In this document: in pieces, positions 59,204 through 64,000 of the stretch
How positions within the stretch are numbered: the stretch's first letter is position 1
Layout: each line of letters begins with the position of its first letter
Notes under the pieces: model-generated
Told to the model about the DNA's origin: nothing
The model's input: the letters and a program-made list of their open reading frames with translations, nothing else
Database searches by the model: none
Origin: Eledone cirrhosa
Lineage: Eukaryota
Direction: 5' to 3'
Length of the DNA stretch: 64,000 nt
NCBI GenBank assembly: GCA_964016885.1
Contig: OZ024740.1
Location: forward strand, 297,910,001-297,974,000
Program-made: the position numbers and the translations under genes

Positions 59204-60686
59204 TACACAATAATCAAGCTATGTTCAAATCATTTTATTGCTGACAATCGTTTCTTCCAAACTTTCGTTTGGAATCGACGGAACACTAGCAATGTTTGTA
59301 CATATAATTAACCTCCTATTCAACTGAACAATCATATAGATACATGGATATTAATGTTGTCAACAACAGTTTCGTATTTACAGAGTGGAATGGATGCGAA
59401 TAAGATTTTAAGAGAATTGTGCAATAATTAAAATAAAAAATAAAAATTAAAAACTAAAAATTAAAAATTAAAAAGGCACAGAATGGAATGCATGCGACAG
59501 ACATTACAAGGGAATAGTATAACAATTAAAGAGGCATTAAGGTAGAAATTTACTTGTAAAACGAGGAGACTGGCAGTACATATGCAAGCGTACAGAGAGT
59601 GCAAATGCATTAGGCATATACAGGAAGGAAACAGGCAATGGTACTAGGCATATATAATTTCTGCAAAGCAAAGGTATCATATAAAATGACATATGTTTAC
59701 AAGCATATCAGGCAGGCAAAGCTGTTTTTGTATTAAAATTATGGGTTTATGGTGGATTTATAGATCAAACTCACTTCCGGATATTAAACCGTTAGAAGTA
59801 TCACTCCACAGCAACTCGAACCCCGGATAGCAATATAATAGGACCGGTTTACAATCCATGGCTGTGACTGATTAAAAACATTCACTAAAATAAAACATGG
59901 CTAAAATAAAACATTGCAAAAGATAGCAATAACATTGATACTCTCAGCACATACACATTTGAACATTACAGAAACAACCGTCACACTACATCCACCATAA
60001 ACCCATAATTTTAACACAAAAACAGCTTTGCCTGCCTGCCTGATATGCTTGTTAAATATGTTATTTTATGTGATACCTTTGCCTTGCAGAAATTATATAT
60101 GCCTAGTACCATTGCCTGTTTCCTTCCTGTATATCCCTAATGCATTTGCATTCTCTGTACGCTTGCATATGTACTGCCAGTCTCCTCGTTTTACAAGTAA
60201 CTTTCTACCTTAATGCCTCTTTAATTGTTATACTATTCCCTTGTAATGTCTGTCGCATGCATTCCATTCTGTGCCTTTTTAATTTTTAATTTTTAGTTTT
60301 TAATTTTTAATTTTTAATTTTAATTATTGTACAATTCTCTTAAAATCTATGTCACATCCATTCCACTCTGTAAATACGAAACTGTTGTTAACAACATTAA
60401 TATCCATGTATCTATATGATTGTTCAGTTGAATAGGAGGTTAATTCTATGTACAAACATTGGTAGTGCTCCGTTGATTCCAAACGAAAGTTTGGAAGAAA
60501 CGATTGTCAGCAATAAAATGATTTGAACATAGCTTGATTATTGTGTAATTTATATTCCGGCTCTGTAAAACATCTCATATATTTACATTGAGCTCTTTTT
60601 CTTACTAGTAATAAGGTAGTAATAAATTACTGACCTTTCCTGTTTATAGTTGTATATAGTGTATACATAACTATAAATAATATTAT

Positions 60687-60690
<4 letters not shown>
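59202..60690 (+). mobile_element. Duplicate of the 1.33-kb HHR fold-back element (HHR motifs at 59239-59285 minus and 60466-60512 plus)
   Basis: Near-identical to 55925-57400. A third, left-arm-only copy lies at 63365-63670. Confidence 0.88.
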
Positions 60691-60758
<68 letters not shown>

Positions 60759-61009
60759 TAAAATAACAGATTAAAGTTTAAGCAAAGAATCGCTGCTTTC
60801 ACCCTTAACGGGATCTTCTGAAACTAACAAAGTCAATCTGTAAACGCAGAACTGGATATTTCAAAAAACGTTGCAACCGGAGGAAGACAGGAAGACGATA
60901 CTTTGGTTCCTGGAAACGTTCGCTGGCTAAGAACGGGAAAAAAACGAATAATTCGTCATTAATAGGAGCAGTGAAAATTGGATTTTAGTCTTCAATTTTA
61001 TTATTATTA

Positions 61010-61087
<78 letters not shown>

Positions 61088-61093
61088 TGTATT

Positions 61094-61153
<60 letters not shown>

Positions 61154-61550
61154 CATACACACACACACACATATGTACATATATAGAGGCGGTGGAATTG
61201 TTTAATGAATAAATGAAGTAAATTCTAACCTGTTGATTTGTATTTCATTATTATAATTAACGGCGCTGGATTGGCAGTATCGGTAGAGAGTCGGACGCCA
61301 TGCTTTCCAGCATAGTTACGTCCCTTTACGGTCTGAGTTCAAATTCCTCCGAGGTTGACTTTGCCTTTTATCCTTACGGGGTCGATAAAATAAAGTACCA
61401 GTAATGCACTGGATAATTGCTGGCCTTGTGCCTAAAAGTAGAAACAATTATTATAATTATTGTCAGGAGTACACAGACCTACCTGTATACTTTGTTGAGT
61501 GTTCTATTTTGCAAGCAATGGTGTTGGTTGTTTAACTAACACATAGTATA

Positions 61551-61609
<59 letters not shown>

Positions 61610-62828
61610 GTATACTATGTGTTAGTTGAACAACCGACACCATTGTATGCAAAATAGAACACTCACAAATATAAACAATGATTGTAGCACCTCCTTGTAC
61701 ACAATGTTCCTTGTTCTTCCGTGTCGGGCATATGCAAAGAGATTTGTCTTGCTTCCCACTCTTGAGCAGCCAACGTATAGTTGTCCGTGTGAAAAACATG
61801 ACGCTTCCAAAAGAAGACCAGCAACAGCTAGGGTCTGACCCTGGGATTTGTTGACAGACATTGCAAAGCTGACATGATTCGGGGAATGGTTCGTTGGTTG
61901 TCTGTTTCAAGTGCTCTTCTTGTGGCAGTACGTTCAGCATCTTGCGACCGTCAAATAGCAGATTCCGCTGACGATTCGTTTGCCCGCCTTGTTCTTTTTC
62001 TTGCCGCTTTCGCAGTATTTCGGCCAATGGGGTATCACTTCCTTCGAGGCCTGACCTAAAAGCAGGACGAAGTACACTAAGACTAACTGGTAGAGTAAGG
62101 AGTAAACTCGTCAGTGATGCATGTGATTTCCGAACCGTTGACTATGTAATTGATGGCCTTGTGCCAAAAGTAGTGGGACTTTTTGGATGGCATATCGGCA
62201 GTAACAATGACGATAAGTCGTCTGTGCTTTCGTAAAATAAATACGTTTGTTTATATTTTGTTTTTGTGTATGCAAAAATATCTGTACACGAATATATAAT
62301 TATATATATATATTAAAATAACAGATTAAAGTTTAAGCAAATAATCACTGCTTTCACCCGTAACGGGAGCTTCTGAAAATAAAAAAAATCAATCTGTGAA
62401 CGCAGAAGTAAATATTTCTAAAAACGTTGCAACCGAAGGAAAACAGGAAGGCGATACTTTGGTTCGTGAAGACGTTCCCTGGCAATGAACGGAAAATAGC
62501 GAAGATAATACGTCAGCAATGAGAACAATTTTTGTCATAATATCATAATGCAGACAGCCAGACATACAGAGATACAGACATACAGAGATACAGACAGATA
62601 TTATAAGGGCGCGACGTTATAGCTATGTATCTATCTAAAAAGACATACTAAGAAAGAGAGAGAGGTCGCTAACCGGTGCCTAACACACCTTTAACAACAG
62701 AAAATTGAGAAATAAAAGCTGCAGTTAATAACTTTAGACCGCAAGGAAGATATTAATGCAAGTTTGAAGTCAATCGGAGTAGAAATGTGGATTTGTATAG
62801 ACTTTGCAAAATTAGGACACACACGCGC

Positions 62829-62909
<81 letters not shown>

Positions 62910-63143
62910 CAATCAGTCCAGGGTCCGGGAAAGTATCAACACATATTTTTATTGTTTGACCCGAATTACTTGGTCATTTGTTTTGGCTGCGCGGATGATA
63001 TGTTTAACCATCATCTCAGTGTGTTTGGCCCTTAACGTATGTTGTAGCTCTAATTCGCATGAATCATCGAGCGCTTGCCACACATATCGGATGTTGATTT
63101 TCGTTAATTCCTGTGTGAAATACGATTCTCGCTAATTTATATT

Positions 63144-63366
<223 letters not shown>

Positions 63367-64000
63367 ACAATAATCAAAGCTATGTTCAAATTATTTTATT
63401 GCTGACAATCGTTTCTTCCAAACTTTCGTTTGGAATCAACGAAGCACTACCAATGTTTGTACATATAATTAACCTCCTATTCAACTGAACAATCATATAG
63501 ATACATGGATATTAATGTTGTCAACAACAGTTTCGTATTTACAGAGTGGAATGGATGCGACATAGATTTTAAGATAATTAAAATTAAAAATTTAAAATTA
63601 AAAACTAAAAATTAAAAAGGCACAGAGTGGAATGCATGCGACAGACATTACAAGGGAATAGTATAACAATGGTGGTGGTGGTGGTGGTGGTGGTGGTGGT
63701 GGTGGTGGTGGTGGTGGTGGTGGTGGTGGTGGTGCTGCTTCTGCTGCTGCTGCTGCTGTTATTTGCCTTATGGCTTTACATGTCCCCGTATGAACCATTT
63801 GTAAAGGTTTGGTCTGTTTTTCAACTTTTACTGTCTTTACCATTTTCGGAAACAGTCAACCACTTCCCATTTTCGTCTTGCAACACGAGTGATTTGAATT
63901 AGTGAGTGGCATATCTTGCCTGAGCTCTTCTACTGAAGCTGGGGGTGGATTCTGTTGCTGATGTTGTGGGAGATGGTGTTACTATCGCTACTATTGTTGA

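Overview
This is an AT-rich, microsatellite-saturated animal genomic window. The SINE and repeat repertoire suggests a coleoid cephalopod such as Octopus; that is an inference. I see no host protein-coding gene. Most ORFs in the track are translated (TA)n/(CA)n/(TACA)n tracts or satellite. The real coding remnants all come from transposons: RTE, Tx1/L1, R4/Dong and CRE LINEs, at least four Penelope-like (RT + GIY-YIG) families, a Chapaev3 DNA transposon with TIRs and a TTA duplication, a hAT fragment, Helitrons and tRNA-derived SINEs. There is also a 75-bp satellite and a ~3.3-3.7 kb tandem triplication. The main hidden signal is RNA structure. More than 20 type I hammerhead ribozyme (HHR) motifs from about ten unrelated sequence families can be read by eye. 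Most have a palindromic stem III, and several have recurring core variants (U4C; U3-A8). Many sit in non-coding 0.1-1.3 kb fold-back elements inserted in (TA)n, which end in a tail sharing a TTGAG(T/C) motif. Others sit in tandem, retrozyme-like repeats. A separate CU-rich, terminally repeated element carries a covarying box C/D-type kink-turn. All coordinates were read manually, and no folding or database search was run.
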